Assembly (NCBI RefSeq): GCF_902713615.1 | Contig: NC_052157.1 | Coordinates: forward strand, 160,347,442 to 160,411,441 | Source of the DNA: Scyliorhinus canicula | Taxonomy: Eukaryota | DNA: 64,000 nt | Direction of reading: 5' to 3' | Shown: positions 35,311 to 48,199 of the stretch, piece by piece | How the letters are laid out: the number at the start of each line of letters is the position of its first letter | How positions within the stretch are numbered: position 1 is the stretch's first letter | Translations under genes and position numbers: made by a program | Notes under the pieces: generated by a model | What the model was told of the DNA's origin: nothing | What the model saw: only the letters and a program-made list of their open reading frames with translations | The model's database searches: none

Positions 35311-35511
35311 CCAACTCCTGTGTCCACTGTTTCAACATCCCAACGAAGGAGGCCAGCACGTTGCCCCCATTCAAGGCAGCTGCCACAGCCAAGTATTTCC
35401 CATCAAAGTATGGAAAGTATGCAACACTAGCGGTGGGATTGGGTCGAGCTGGAGGCAGGAAGTCAGGGGCCTGGGCAAAGGACAGCTGGGCCGAAGTGCT
35501 GATGTTCAAAA
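35311..35511 (-). CDS. SHPK: SHPK coding exon 6 (201 bp)
   Basis: Encodes VLNISTSAQLSF...VAYFPYFDGKYLAVAAALNGGNVLASFVGMLKQWTQELG. Bounded by tag| and |gtaaga. Confidence 0.95.
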
Positions 35512-35821
35512 CTAGAGAGTGAGAAAGATCTTGATCAGGAACCAGTGGGTAGGTTGTATGAATACTTTGTTCTCCAAATCTGACACGTACAAACCTGGAA
35601 CTTATTCTGGGATGGTATCTGCATAAACTGTCTATCACTGACAATGCCGTCAAGGCAGGGAATCAAATTGAAGGGTTCACTAGAATAGTGGGTACGCTAC
35701 TGAACTATAACCCTGAGGTATGGACCGATGATCCAGAGACATGAACTCAGGTCCCATCATGGCAACTGACAAATTTAAATAAATCTGGACGAAAAAACTA
35801 GTCTCAGTAATGGTGGCCGAG

Positions 35822-36328
35822 AAACATACTGGCACTGGAGCGGGTCCAGCGGAGATTCACACGGATGATCCCAGGAATGGTAGGCCTAACATACGATGAA
35901 CGTCTGAGGATCGTGGGATTATATTCATTGGAGTTTAGGAGGTTGAGGGGAGATCTAATAGAAACGTACAAGATAATGAATGGCTTGGATAGGATGGACA
36001 TAGGGAAGTTGTTTCCATTAGCAGGGGAGACTAGGACGCGGGGGCACAGCCTTAGAATAAAAGGGAGTCACTTTAGAACAGAGATGAGGAGAAATTTCTT
36101 CAGCCAGAGAGTGGTAGGTCTGTGGAATTCATTGCCACAGAGGGCTGTGGAGGCCGGGACGTTGAGTGTCTTTAAGACAGAAATTGATAAATTCTTGATT
36201 TCTCGAGGAATTAAGGGCTATGGGGAGAGAGCGGGTAAATGGAGTTGAAATCAACCATGATTGAATGGTGGAGTGGACTCGATGGGCCGAATGGCCTTAC
36301 TTCCACTCCTATGTCTTATGGTCTTATA
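35822..36328 (+). mobile_element. Young 5'-truncated CR1-type LINE
   Basis: Open ORF2 C-terminus and (tcttatgg)n tail; close match to 58652-59169. Confidence 0.92.
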
Positions 36329-39300
36329 ACTCCGCTGTTTTTCCCAGTCACGTTGGCTGCTCCAATCACTTGTGATCCCTCTATAATGAACCCAGTCGAG
36401 CCGGCACATTCCAACCACAAAACTATTCAAAACTTCAAACATTTCTGCGCCAGTCGTGTGGGTTGCTAAAGTCAGGTAGCACAGCAAATCTTCAACAAAT
36501 TCATTGTGCCAAACATAACTAACGTATACTAGCAAGGTTGCACAATCTGAAATGTCTGTACTTTCATCCAGTTGTATTGAGAATGCCTGCGCTGATTTTA
36601 AATGAGAAATAAGCTGGGCTTCTAAATTCTCAGCAATATCAGAAATTCGGCAAGCCACTGTGCTATCACTAAGTGGGATCCATTTCACTTTTTCAACGAA
36701 CCTCTCATCTATGACCATACGAACTATATCTAATGTTGCAGGGAGAATTAATCTCTCTGCTATAGTGTGGGGCATTTTCTCTTTAGCTACGCGGTAAGCT
36801 ACCATGTAAGACGCTAATTGTACTTTGTCGTTCAATGTAACATTTCTGCTGAGGACTTCAGCCGACGATTTAAGTTCTCGTTGCAGCCTTCGAAAGAAAT
36901 CAAGAGGTTTGTCCTCGAACTCGCCAAGCTTAGTCTTCAAATGCCTTTGACGTTTTGAGGGTTTTAAACTTTCATTTGCCAGCACTTCCCTGCGTATAAC
37001 GCACATGGGCCTTACATCCTGATTTGCATTGGCACAATTAATAAAACCATACCTTAAAAAAATCATCTTTATACTGCTTTGTGCCTGATTCCAGTTACTT
37101 CTTAATGGGCTGTTCACCAGAGGCCCTGGAGCTCACACCAGCACTGCTGTGTCCTGGTGTGGACCCTCCTGAACAGCTCACACCAACACTGCTCTGTCCT
37201 GCTGTGGACTCTCCTGTACAGCTCACACCAACACTGCTGTGTCCTGGTGTGGACCCTCCTGAACAGCTCACACCAACACTGCTCTGTCCTGCTGTGGATT
37301 CTCCTGTACAGCTCACACCAACACTGCTGTGACCTGCTGTGGATCCTCCTGAACAGCTCACACCAACACTGCTCTGTCCTGCTGTGGATCCTCCTGAACA
37401 GCTCACGCCAACACTGCTTTGTCCTGTTGTGCATCCTCCTGAACAGCTCACACCAACACTGCTCTGTCCTGCTGTGGATTCTCCTGAACAGCTCACGCCA
37501 ACACTGCTCTGTCCTGCTGTGGACTCTCCTGTACAGCTCACACCAACACTGCTGTGTCCTGCTGTGGATCCTCCTGTACAGCTCACACCAACACTGCTCT
37601 GTCCTGCTGTGGACTCTCCTGTACAGCTCACGCCAACACTGCTCTGTCCTGCTGTGGACTCTCCTGTACAGCTCACGTCAACACTGCTTTGTCCTGCTGT
37701 CGATTCTCCTGAACAGCTCATGCCAACACTGCTTTGTCCTGCTGTGGACTCTCCTGTACAGCTCACACCAACACTGCTGTGTCCTGTTGTGCATCCTCCT
37801 GAACAGCTCACACCAGCACTGCTTTGTCCTGCTGTGGATTCTCCTGAACAGCTCACACCAACACTGCTCTGTCCTGCTGTGGATTCTCCTGAACAGCTCA
37901 CACCAACACTGCTTTGTCCTGCTGTCGATTTTCCTGAACAGCTCACACCAACACTGCTTTGTCCGGCTGTGGACTCTCCTGTACAGCTCACGCCAACACT
38001 GCTCTGTCCTGTTGTGCATCCTCCTGTACAGCTCACACCAACACTGCTTTGTCCGGCTGTGGACTCTCCTGTACAGCTCACACCAACACTGCTTTGTCCG
38101 GCTGTGGACTCTCCTGTACAGCTCACACCAACACTGCTTTGTCCTGCTGTGGATTCTCCTGAACAGCTCACACCAACACTGCTTTGTCCTGCTGTCGATT
38201 TTCCTGAACAGCTCACACCAGCACTGCTTTGTCCGGCTGTGGACTCTCCTGTACAGCTCACACCAACACTGCTTTGTCCTGCTGTGGACTCTCCTGTACA
38301 GCTCACGCCAACACTGCTTTGTCCTGCTGTGGATCCTCCTGTACAGCTCACACCAACACTGCTCTGTCCTGCTGTGGACTCTCCTGTACAGCTCACGCCA
38401 ACACTGCTCTGTCCTGCTGTGGACTCTCCTGTACAGCTCACGTCAACACTGCTTTGTCCTGCTGTCGATTCTCCTGAACAGCTCACGCCAACACTGCTAT
38501 GTCCTGCTGTGCATCCTCCTGAACAGCTCACACCAACACTGCTGTGTCCTGCTGTGGATCCTCCTGAACAGCTCACACCAACACTGCTGTGTCCTGTTGT
38601 GCATCCTCCTGAACAGCTCACACCAACACTGCTGTGTCCTGTTGTGCATCCTCCTGAACAGCTCACACCAACACTGCTGTGTCCTGTTGTGCATCCTCCT
38701 GAACAGCTCACACCAACACTGCTGTGTCCTGTTGTGCATCCTCCTGAACAGCTCACACCAACACTGCTGTGTCCTGTTGTGCATCCTCCTGAACAGCTCA
38801 CACCAGCACTGCTGTGTCCTGCTGTGGATTCTCCTGAACAGCTCACACCAACACTGCTCTGTCCTGGTGTGGATTCTCCTGAACAGCTCACGCCAACACT
38901 GCTTTGTCCTGCTGTCGATTTTCCTGAACAGCTCACACCAACACTGCTCTGTCCTGCTGTCGATTTTCCTGAACAGCTCACACCAACACTGCTTTGTCCT
39001 GCTGTCGATTTTCCTGAACAGCTCACACCAACACTGCTCTGTCCTGCTGTCGATTTTCCTGAACAGCTCACACCAACACTGCTTTGTCCGGCTGTGGACT
39101 CTCCTGAACAGCTCACGCCAACACTGCTCTGTCCTGCTGTGGACTCTCCTGAACAGCTCACACCAACACTGCTTTGTCCTGCTGTGGATCCTCCTGTACA
39201 GCTCACACCAACACTGCTTTGTCCTGCTGCGGATCCTCCTGTACAGCTCACACCAACACTGCTTTGTCCTGCTGTGGATCCTCCTGTACAGCTCACACCA

Positions 39301-39848
39301 ACACTGCTCTGTCCTGCTGTCGATTTTCCTGAACAGCTCACGCCAACACTGCTCTGTCCTGCTGTGGACTCTCCTGTACAGCTCTCACCAACACTGCTCT
39401 GTCCTGCTGTGGATTCTCCTGAGCCACTCTCTTCAGCTGGTTTAGTTGTGAGATCCTGGCCTGTTTGTGTCTCTGGTCCTCTCTTCCTTGTAACAAAACG
39501 ATCCATTTTAAATTTTTACTGTCCTGTTGCTTGTTTGCTGCTTATAAAATGGAGGAATCGCAACCGCGCCCAAAGCACGTGACGTCGACGTTCGGGGGGT
39601 GGGGGGGGGGGGGGGGGGGGGGGGCGTGACCTGCCCTCTGCCTCCCTTTAGGCAGGAAGATTAGATAGATTAGGTAAAAAAATCTTCTATGTCTCTCCAG
39701 CAGCCGGCCTTTGCGGTCGATTTTTAAAAATATGTTTGCGGCCATTTTGAAAGCCGCTTGCAGCCGGCGTTATTAAAAGCCGGCTGCTGCGGCTGATTCG
39801 CGCGATCGGGTGCGCTGCGAAGGGCGGCTCCGAGTTTGAAGAACACTG
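36329..39848 (-). mobile_element. hAT (Charlie/Buster, ZBED5/SCAND3-like) transposon with one TIR and a disrupted transposase
   Basis: TIR CAGTGTTCTTCAAACTC at 39848-39832. Start MDRFVTRKR, then RYGF..PMCVI..LANESLKPSK..RHLKTK, KMPHTIAERLILPA, IPLSDSTV..RI, FSIQLDESTD. Stop at 37095-37097, +1 frameshifts near 37060 and 36365; truncated at the CR1. Confidence 0.9.
37130..39422. repeat. 45-bp minisatellite in frame with the transposase N-terminus
   Basis: About 51 units encoding GESTAGQSSVGVSC(S/T) on the minus strand. Confidence 0.97.
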
Positions 39849-40220
39849 CATTAGGGAGGGTGCAGAGGAGGTTTACCAGGAGGCTGCCTGGGCTGGAGTG
39901 TTTCAGCTGTCAAGAGCGATTGGTTTAGGCCGGGGTTCTTCAACCTGGAGCAGAGAAGGCTGAGGGGGGACCTGACTGAGGTGTATAAAAGTATGAAGGA
40001 CATAGATAGGGTGGACAGTAAGGTAGTCTTCCCCTTAGTGGAGGGGTCAGTACCCAGGGGCATAGATTTAAGGTAAGGGTTAGGAGGTTTAGAGGGGGAT
40101 GTGAGGAAAAGCCTTTTCGCCCAGAGGGTGGTTACAATCTGGAACTCACTGCCTGAAAGGGTGGAAGTGGCGGGAACCCTCACAACATTTCAGAAGTACT
40201 GAGATAAGCACTTGAAATGA
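39849..40220 (+). mobile_element. Decayed CR1-type LINE fragment
   Basis: Degenerate VQRRFTR, RRLRGDLTEVYK and QRVVTIWNSLPE motifs. Confidence 0.75.
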
Positions 40221-40457
40221 GCATTGTCTCAACACGTTTGGGGAGAATGTGCAAACTCCACACGGACACCTGGGGCCGGGATCGAACCCAGGTCCTCAGC
40301 ACCATGAGGCAGCAGTGCTAACCACTGCGCCAACGTGTCACCTAGAACAATATACAATAACAAATTATCTTCCAGTAGTAGAAGCACTGGGCCCTTAAGT
40401 ACAGTCCGATATATATTTGGATCCAGGAAATAAAGCCAAGTCAAGTTCTGCCCTTAC

Positions 40458-40633
40458 CTGCATCTGTCTTCTCTGTCATGCAGGAGTACACAGAGCATTG
40501 GAAATCACCCAGAGCCACACCAACTTCTGTCCCCTCTGGCACACCGTACCACTCATGAACGGTCTTTCCTGCGATTGCACCAGACTTGGCGATCGTGGGC
40601 AGTAAGCAGGTGGGAAATCCGGAATCCCGCAAT
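40458..40633 (-). CDS. SHPK: SHPK coding exon 5 (176 bp)
   Basis: Encodes LRDSGFPTCLLPTIAKSGAIAGKTVHEWYGVPEGTEVGVALGDFQCSVYSCMTEKTDA. Bounded by cag| and |gtaagg. Confidence 0.95.
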
Positions 40634-41126
40634 CTGGAAGAGATAAGGAAAACCCTGTGAGCGACGTTGATATTTCAGGGTCAGAACAAAGATAACTGGG
40701 TACAACTGAGCTGCTGCCACTTCTCATTCTGGGGGTGGTTCCCAACACAGTCCCCACAACACAAATCTGCAGCTAATTCAGCAATGGATTTGAGAATCAC
40801 CGTCAGGGAGGCGAGAGGCTTGGGGAGATTGGCACACTGTAGTGTGGAGGTGGCCCCTTACAAAAGGTTTGGGGGCAGAGTAGAGATTTCACTCTGGGCC
40901 TAAATTGTACCTGACCCAGGAATGTATTCTGCTGGTGTGTAAAGTTGTCAATTCCCCGGCATTACCATCAGGGCAAGCTAGAGATTTCACCCAGTAGCGG
41001 TGTGTGAGACCTGCTTCCAACCCCTGGGTAAAGGAAATTAGTTTTCTGCAGAACTGGTGGGTGTCTCCTGTGCTTGACAGCATCAGACCGCCTGGTCTTC
41101 TGACACAAAATTAAATGCAGGCTTAC

Positions 41127-41279
41127 ATTTTCAGATTCCACGTTCCACATCTGGTATTGAAGTAACCCCAACTGGCAGCATTCTGGGCTGACATCAGTGG
41201 TCTCGTAAGCCCGCACAAGACAGCAACAACATAATCGTGGATGGTCCCTGCAGTGTTAAAGAACTCCAAACATTGGGGC
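41127..41279 (-). CDS. SHPK: SHPK coding exon 4 (153 bp)
   Basis: Encodes PQCLEFFNTAGTIHDYVVAVLCGLTRPLMSAQNAASWGYFNTRCGTWNLK. Bounded by cag| and |gtaagc. Confidence 0.95.
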
Positions 41280-42699
41280 CTGGAAATCAAATATAATAAA
41301 ACTTTCACTAATAAATATATAACATAATACGCTCTAAGACAGTAACTTTATGTTCAAAATATATTGTAAAACAATTCTTGATTTCAAATATTAAGGGACA
41401 CAAGTTGACCAACGAGAGTACAGCATATTTAAAAATTAATTTAGAGTACCCAATTATTTTTTCCAATTAAGGGGCAATTTTAGCGTGACCAATCCACCTA
41501 ACCTGCACATCATTAGGTTGTGGGGGTGAGACCCACGCAGACACGGGGAAACTCCACACGGAGTGACCCTGGGTCGGGATTGAACCCGGGTCCTCAGCGC
41601 CGTGAGGCAGCAGTGCTAACCATTGCGCCACCGGGCCGCCCCTTACGAGAGTACAGCATTGAACAAAGAAACAGCCTCAATTCAGTTGCCCAAAGAATAT
41701 GAATTGACCAATAAATCGTAACTAATCCATGATGCCATATGCCTGAATACAGACTGCATTAAAAAAAAGTTAGTATCCAATTCATTTTTTCCAATTAAGG
41801 AGCAATTTAGTGTGGCCAATCCACCTCCCCTGCACATCTTTGGGTTGTGGGGGTGAAACCCACGCAGACACGGGGAGAATGTCCGGGAGAAGGGCAGCAG
41901 GGTAGCATGGTGGTTAGCATCAATGCTTCACAGCTCCAGGGTCCCATGGTCGATTCCCGGCTGGGTCACTGTCTGTGTGGAGTCTGCACGTCCTCCCCCT
42001 GTGTGTGTGGGTTTCCTCCGGGTGCTCCGGTTTCCTCCCACAGTCCAAAGATGTGCGGGTTAGGTGGATTGGCCATGCTAAATTGCCCGTAGTGTCCTAA
42101 AAAGTAAGGTTAAGGGGGGGGGGTTGTTGGGTTACGGGTATAGGGTGGATACGTGGGTTTGAGTAGGGTGATCATGGCTCGGCACAACATCGAGGGCCGA
42201 AGGGCCTGTTCTGTGCTGTACTGTTCTATGTTCTATAATGTGCAAACTCCACACGGACAGTGACCCAGAGCCGAGATCGAACCTGGGACCTCGGCGCCGT
42301 GAGGCAGCTGTGCTAACCACTGCGCCACTGTGCTGCCCCAGACTGCATTTTAACAGTAATCTATTAGCTATGAAGTGATTTGGGATGGCCTGAGGTTATG
42401 TTACAGAAATCCAAGGAACTCTTTTGAAGAAGGTCTGCACTGTAACAGTGTGACCTGCGGTATTCACAGCTATCCTGCAATGATATTTAGAGTGGGTTTC
42501 CTGAGTATTATACTGGTTTGACAGTGGATTCTATAGAGGCAAACAGTACAAAAGCACATAAGTTATGATGAAACTTTATGAAACACTGGTTTGGTCTCAA
42601 CACGAGTACTGAGCTCAGTTCTGCGCACCATATTTTCGGAAAGATGTGCAGGCGTTAGAGAGGGTATTGAAAAGATTGACGAGAATGGTTTCAGATTTG

Positions 42700-43468
42700 G
42701 TGAACTGGCCAACAGCCTGAATCTTAGGCCCAACACAGAATTGGACAATTTAAATTAAGAGTTGAAAACTTTAAAGTAAAGCCACGGTTAGAACCACAGA
42801 GTGGCCTGATGGGAAGTCAAACAGCTAAACTCGAATACACTGGGTGGAGACAGGGAGCCCGGGGCAAGTCTGGGCCTGTCCCGTAAACAGGACATTGGAA
42901 GATAATCAGCCCCGTTCAAATGGATCCACTGTTGTAGATTGCCCAGGTGAAGCCAGACCCTCTGGCACCTGGAATTCCTACCGTCACCTTATATGGGATA
43001 AGGTTACGTGCAGACAATGCACCTGAGAATGGATTGGGGGGGGAGTTCCTGCAAAGTTACAACCGGCAACTTCATTGGGTGTTGTGAACCCCGCCCAGCG
43101 ACCTCATTGGCTGAGGGCCAGAGGAACTTCTGCAAGAGCGCAAAGAGGTGGATAAGAAGAGGCGAAAACCTGATGCACAGGAGAGGACTCGATGACGGCA
43201 GACCAGAGAACCGACAACAGAGGCGTGCGAGGCCCACCTTCACAGACGAGGACCCGCAACTCAATCCAGTTCATCGGCACGGGTAGTATTCGAATCTTGG
43301 GCAGGTAATATTTGGGGTAATTTGGGGAGAATAACTATTTTATTGGGTTTGTGAATAAATTTGGGTTGAATTGCAAACCTATGTTTGTCCTTTGTTCATC
43401 TCGCAAATAAGGGCAACTGGGTAAAATGTTTTACTAATAAACTGGTCAAAGTGTCTGATAATTTACAG
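42700..43468 (+). mobile_element. Possible solo LTR inside an old CR1 fragment (42520-44170)
   Basis: A unique insert that interrupts CR1 homology, with AATAAA near 43354 and an end in ...TTTACA. Boundaries approximate. Confidence 0.35.
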
Positions 43469-45220
43469 GAAACACAGGTTTGAGGGGTTTGATTAGAAGG
43501 ATAGAGATTCGAGAAGCTGGAGTTATTTTCCGTTGAGATGAGAAGGTGGAGAGGGGTGTTCAAAGTCATGAGGGGCCTAGATAGAGTACATCGAAACTGT
43601 TCCTATTATCAAAATAATCGAGAACCAGAGGACACAGCTTTAAACTGATTGGTCAAAGAACCAAAGAGGACATGAGGAAAACTACTTTTACTCATTGAGT
43701 GGTTACGTTCTGGAACGCGCTGCCTGAGGGTGTGGGAGGGACTGATTCAATTGTGGCTTTCAGAAAGAAATTGGGACATTATCTTATGAGAAAAAAGCTG
43801 TTAAGCGTTTCAGGGAAAAGGTGGGGGGGGGGGGGGGGGGGGGGGTGGGAGAGACTTGGGACCAGCTGAGTTGATCTTGTAGGGAGCCAGCATGGAAATG
43901 ACAGGAGAAAGGAGGAGAGGAGTGTTCTCATGGCCAACCACGATGGCTCATAGATTGAGTGCAAGACACAGGAGAAACCTCTTTTCACAGTGAGTTGGGA
44001 GACCGTGGAGTTAGTGCTCATGGTAGAAACTGTGTTAACACTGAAAGTTACATTGGTGGGTAGATGGGTAAGAAGAGGTTGAAGATATATGGGATAAATA
44101 TGATAATGGCTCTTTTAGTACATGGAGTCAATCCCAAAATGGATTTGATGGGCCAAATGGCATGCTTTAATGCTAGAATTTCTGACATTTATCCCTTAAC
44201 CAATATCAAAATAAAGGGATCAACTGGTCATGTTTCTCAGTTGCTGTTTACGGTACCTTGCTATGCACAAATAAGCTGCTATGTTTGTTCACAAAACAAC
44301 AGTGACAGCAGTTCAGGAATTTGGGAATGTACAATGCTCAGTTCAAACCCTCCGGACACTTTCTGAAAGACGGGTTTGAGAGAGTTGGGGAAGGTTTTGA
44401 GATATGGGGCACGTTCTCCCGATGACGCACCCTCACCACGGGCTCCCCATGGGGTGGGTTCAATGAGAAATCCGACTAACAGCGGCGGACTAGAAGATCC
44501 CGCTGCCGGCCAATGGCAGGCTGACTCTCACTGCTGGGAAACAGGGCGGGGGAAGACCAGGGAACCTCATCCTGTCCAGCTGCAGGATCCCTCACTGCCA
44601 GCACAGGGAAGGGAGTCACTTACATTTCTATATTACCCCTCAAAGGGACTGGAGTAACGTCCTGCCTGCTCTGCTGTTTAATCAGATTGTAGCCGTGATT
44701 AACTGTGTCTACATGCCTTCGCCCCATCTCGTCAAATTCCCTTAGCTAACAATCTCGGATTTAAAATGATCAATTGATTTCCATCAATTGCTGTTTGCGG
44801 ATGGGAATTCCAATCTTCTCCCACCCTCTGTGAGAAAGTGTTTCTGAACTTCACTCCTGAAAGGTCTGGCTCCGATTTTTAGACTCTGCCCCCCAGTCCC
44901 AGACTCTCCAACCAATGGAAGTTTTCTATCTAATCCTATCAGTTCCCCTTAATATCTTGAAAAGTGCAATCAAACCCCCCCCTTAAACTTCTAAGTTCCA
45001 GGAAATTACCACAACAAAACACATCCCTGAGAGCTCCCAACAAACAGGTCCTGGTTTCTAATCGGTGAGGACAGGATAGAGTAGGCCCCATTGTGTTCCC
45101 CAGCCCCATCGTATCATTGTCCATTTAGCAACGTATCAGGAGCAACCCTTCAACTTTATAAAAGCTGCCATAATGTTTCCGTTACCTGTTGTGTTTGCAA
45201 AGAAGTTTGGAGATGTCTAC

Positions 45221-45404
45221 CTGTTTCTCATGTACCAGAAAATGGTGGCACAGCCGAAGCCAGTGGCCAGGCTGATATGGGAATCGGGCTGTGCGAGTGA
45301 ATCGAGAAACTCGCGGCTGCAGCGGCCATCTTGCCAGGTGACCAGGTGGCTCGTTCTCCAGGGCTGGAAGGTGAAACCTGCTTCAGAATTCTGCCACATA
45401 CAAC
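45221..45404 (-). CDS. SHPK: SHPK coding exon 3 (184 bp)
   Basis: Encodes GCMWQNSEAGFTFQPWRTSHLVTWQDGRCSREFLDSLAQPDSHISLATGFGCATIFWYMRNR (FGGY-kinase TWQD motif). Bounded by tag| and |gtagac. Confidence 0.95.
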
Positions 45405-45520
45405 CTAAAACAGGAGAGAAACAAGATGGCGTATCTAACCACGTCTCCCAAGGTGAAGCAGGCCACATCCGCTGCAATCGGTTTCTTTTTAATAAAAATA
45501 AGAATAACCTTTTATTGTCA

Positions 45521-45799
45521 TGTGGTGATATGATTTGCATAGCTGTCTGCCATTGGTGCAGAACACCGGCTTACCATTGGCCCTGGTCGGTCATGTGCCT
45601 CTCGACCGATTGGTTGAGACCAGTCATGTGACAGTTCTCCGATTGGTCGAGAGGCTGAGTTAACCACGCCGAGGTATAAATAGTCGGAACGCCCGGCAGT
45701 CGTCCATTTTATTGTAGTCAACCGCAGGGCTACGTTCTAGCTTATTAAAGCCTAACTTTTGTATAGCAACTCGTCTCTCGTGCAATTGATGGCTCATCA
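45521..45799 (+). mobile_element. Solo LTR with perfect 5-bp TSD
   Basis: TGTGGTGATA...CATCA, TATAAATAG, ATTAAA, and TSD TGTCA at 45516-45520 and 45800-45804. Starts like the Gypsy LTR at 14889. Confidence 0.85.
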
Positions 45800-46036
45800 T
45801 GTCACAAGTACGAAGTTGCTGTGAAAAGCCCGAGCCTGTTCGGGTAAGTTGGTACGGGAATTGAACCCGCGCTGCTGGCCTTGTTCTGCATCACAAACCA
45901 GCTGTCTAGCCCACTAAGCTAAATGAGAAGTGATTCTCCAGCTATATCTGGTTATTAATCGTGGCCGTTCCATCTTCTCCGCACCCTAACCATCCATCTT
46001 TTTTAGTTAGGGAGCAATCTATTCCTTTACTGGATT

Positions 46037-46204
46037 ACAGTAAGAAGCCTTACAACACCAGGTTAAAGTCCAACAGGTTTGTTTCGAATCACTAGCTTTC
46101 TCCGAAAGCTAGTGATTCGAAACAAACCTGTTGGACTTTAACCTGGTGTTGTAAGGCTTCTTACTGTGCCCATCCCAGTCCAACGCCGGCATCTCCACAT
46201 CAGT
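46037..46204. mobile_element. Palindromic Penelope-like terminal-repeat insert
   Basis: Perfect 64-bp arms (46037-46100 and 46104-46167) plus a tail; flanking duplication ctggatta. Confidence 0.8.
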
Positions 46205-46439
46205 TCCTGGATTAGGGTTAGCTTTAATCTCAATAAATAAATATTTTCAAAAGTTAAGGGCAAAGTGAGTGGAATTTAAAAGTAAAACCCATGTGCTAGA
46301 TGCTAAGCATTTTCTCCGGCTATATCCCTGCTTTGGTTTGTGATCAAAATCAAGACATCTGAATCTTCAAAGCTTTCAATGTATCAGCTAATTGAGAAAA
46401 TGACAAGAGTCTATTTAAAATGGAAGTCAATATTTTAAA

Positions 46440-46870
46440 ATTTATTCTTCCACAGAATGTGGATGTTGCTGGCTTGGCCGGTATTTATTGCCCATCCCTA
46501 ATTGCCCCTTCAGAAGATGGTTGGTGAGCCGCCTTCTTGAACCGCCACAGTCCCCGAGGTGTAGGTACACCCACAGTGCTGTTAGGGAGGGAGTTCCAGG
46601 AATTTGACCCAGAGACAGTGAAGGAATGGTGAGAGATTTCCATGTCAGGGTGGTGAGTGACTTGGAGGGGAACCTCTTGGTGGTAGTTTCCCATGAGTCT
46701 GCCATCCTTGTCTTTTGAAGTGTTAGAGGACATGGATTTAGAAGGTGCTGACGAAGGAGCCTCGAAGAGTTGCTGCAGGGAATTTTGGAGACACGGCTGC
46801 CACTGTGCGTCAGTGGAGGATGGAATGAATGTTTAATCTGGTGGATGGGATGGCAATAAAATAGGTTGTT
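46440..46870 (-). mobile_element. Old LINE 3' fragment (CR1/L2 group)
   Basis: SWNSLPNSTVGVPTPRGLWRFKKAAH followed by the tail gggcaattagggatgggcaataaa. Confidence 0.7.
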
Positions 46871-46914
46871 TGAGTGTTGTTTGAGCCGGACTCAACAAGG
46901 CATGTGGAGAGTGT

Positions 46915-48110
46915 CCCGTCACAGGGTCAGTACTGAGGGAGTGCCGCACTGTCACAGGGTCAGTACTGAGGGAGTGCTGCCCTGTCAGAGGGTCAGTACT
47001 GAGGGAGTGCCGCACTGTCAGAGGGTCAGTACTGAGGGAGTGCTGCACTGTCAGAGGGTCAGTACTGAGGGAGTGCTGCACTGTCAGAGGGTCAGTACTG
47101 AGGGAGTGCTGCACTGTCAGAGGGTCAGTACTGAGGGAGTGCCGCACTGTCAGAGGGTCAGTACTGAGGGAGTGCCGCACTGTCAGAGGGTCAGTACTGA
47201 GGGAGTGCCGCACTGTCACAGGGTCAGTACTGAGGGAGTGCTGCCCTGTCAGAGGGTCAGTACTGAGGGAGTGCCGCACTGTCAGAGGGTCAGTACTGAG
47301 GGAGTGCCGCACTGTCAGAGGGTCAGTACTGAGGGAGTGCTGCACTATCAGAGGGTCAGTACTGAGGGAGTACTAAACTGTCAGAGGGTCAGTACTGAGG
47401 GAGTGCCGCACTGTCAGAGGGTCAGTACTGAGGGAGTGCCGCACTGTCAGAGGGTCAGTGCTGAGGGAGTGCTGCACTGTCAGAGGGTCAGTACTGAGGG
47501 AGTGCCGCACTGTCAGAGGGTGAGTACTGAGGGAGTGCTGCACTGTCAGAGGGTCAGTACTGAGGGAGTGCCGCACTGTCAGAGGGTCAGTACTGAGGGA
47601 GTGCCGCACTGTCAGAGGGTCAGTACTGAGGGGGTGCTGCACCGTCAGAGGGTCAGTACTGAGGGAGTGCTGCACTGTCAGAGGGTCAGTACTGAGGGGG
47701 TGCTGCACTGTCAGAGGGTCAGTACTGAGGGGGTGCCGCACTGTCAGAGGGTCAGTACTGAGGGAGTGTTGCACTGTCAGAGGGTCAGTACTGAGGGAGT
47801 GCCGCACTGTCAGAGCGTCAGTACTGAGGGAGTGCCGCACAGTCAGAGGGTCAGTACTGAGGGAGTGCCGCACTGTCAGAGGGTCAGTACTGAGGGAGTG
47901 CCGCACTGTCAGAGGGTCAGTACTGAGGGAGCCCCGCACTGTCAGAGGGTCAGTACTGAGGGAGTGCTGCACTGTCAGAGGGTCAGTACTGAGGGAGTGC
48001 TGCACTGTCAGAGGGTCAGTACTGAGGGAGTGCTGCACTGTCAGAGGGTCAGTACTGAGGGAGCCCCGCACTGTCAGAGGGTCAGTACTGAGGGAGTGCT
48101 GTCTTGTCAG
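46915..48110. repeat. 33-bp minisatellite cagtactgagggagtgc(c/t)gcactgtcagagggt
   Basis: About 36 units. Confidence 0.97.
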
Positions 48111-48199
48111 AGGCAGTTCCCAGATTCTGCGTTTGTTCTGAACCCCAGTGAGCAATAAGGAGTGGGCATATTTCCACCTCCGTGCCGTTCTGCACTTAC

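Noticed and set aside
33564-35515. Charged repetitive ORFs (DRQTGKGRR...)
   Set aside because: Translation of the 29-bp array following an L1 fragment.
36251-37117. Possible domesticated ZBED5/SCAND3-like gene
   Set aside because: Stop codon, two frameshifts, mutated BED-finger ligands, a retained TIR and truncation before the catalytic C-terminus indicate a dead transposon.
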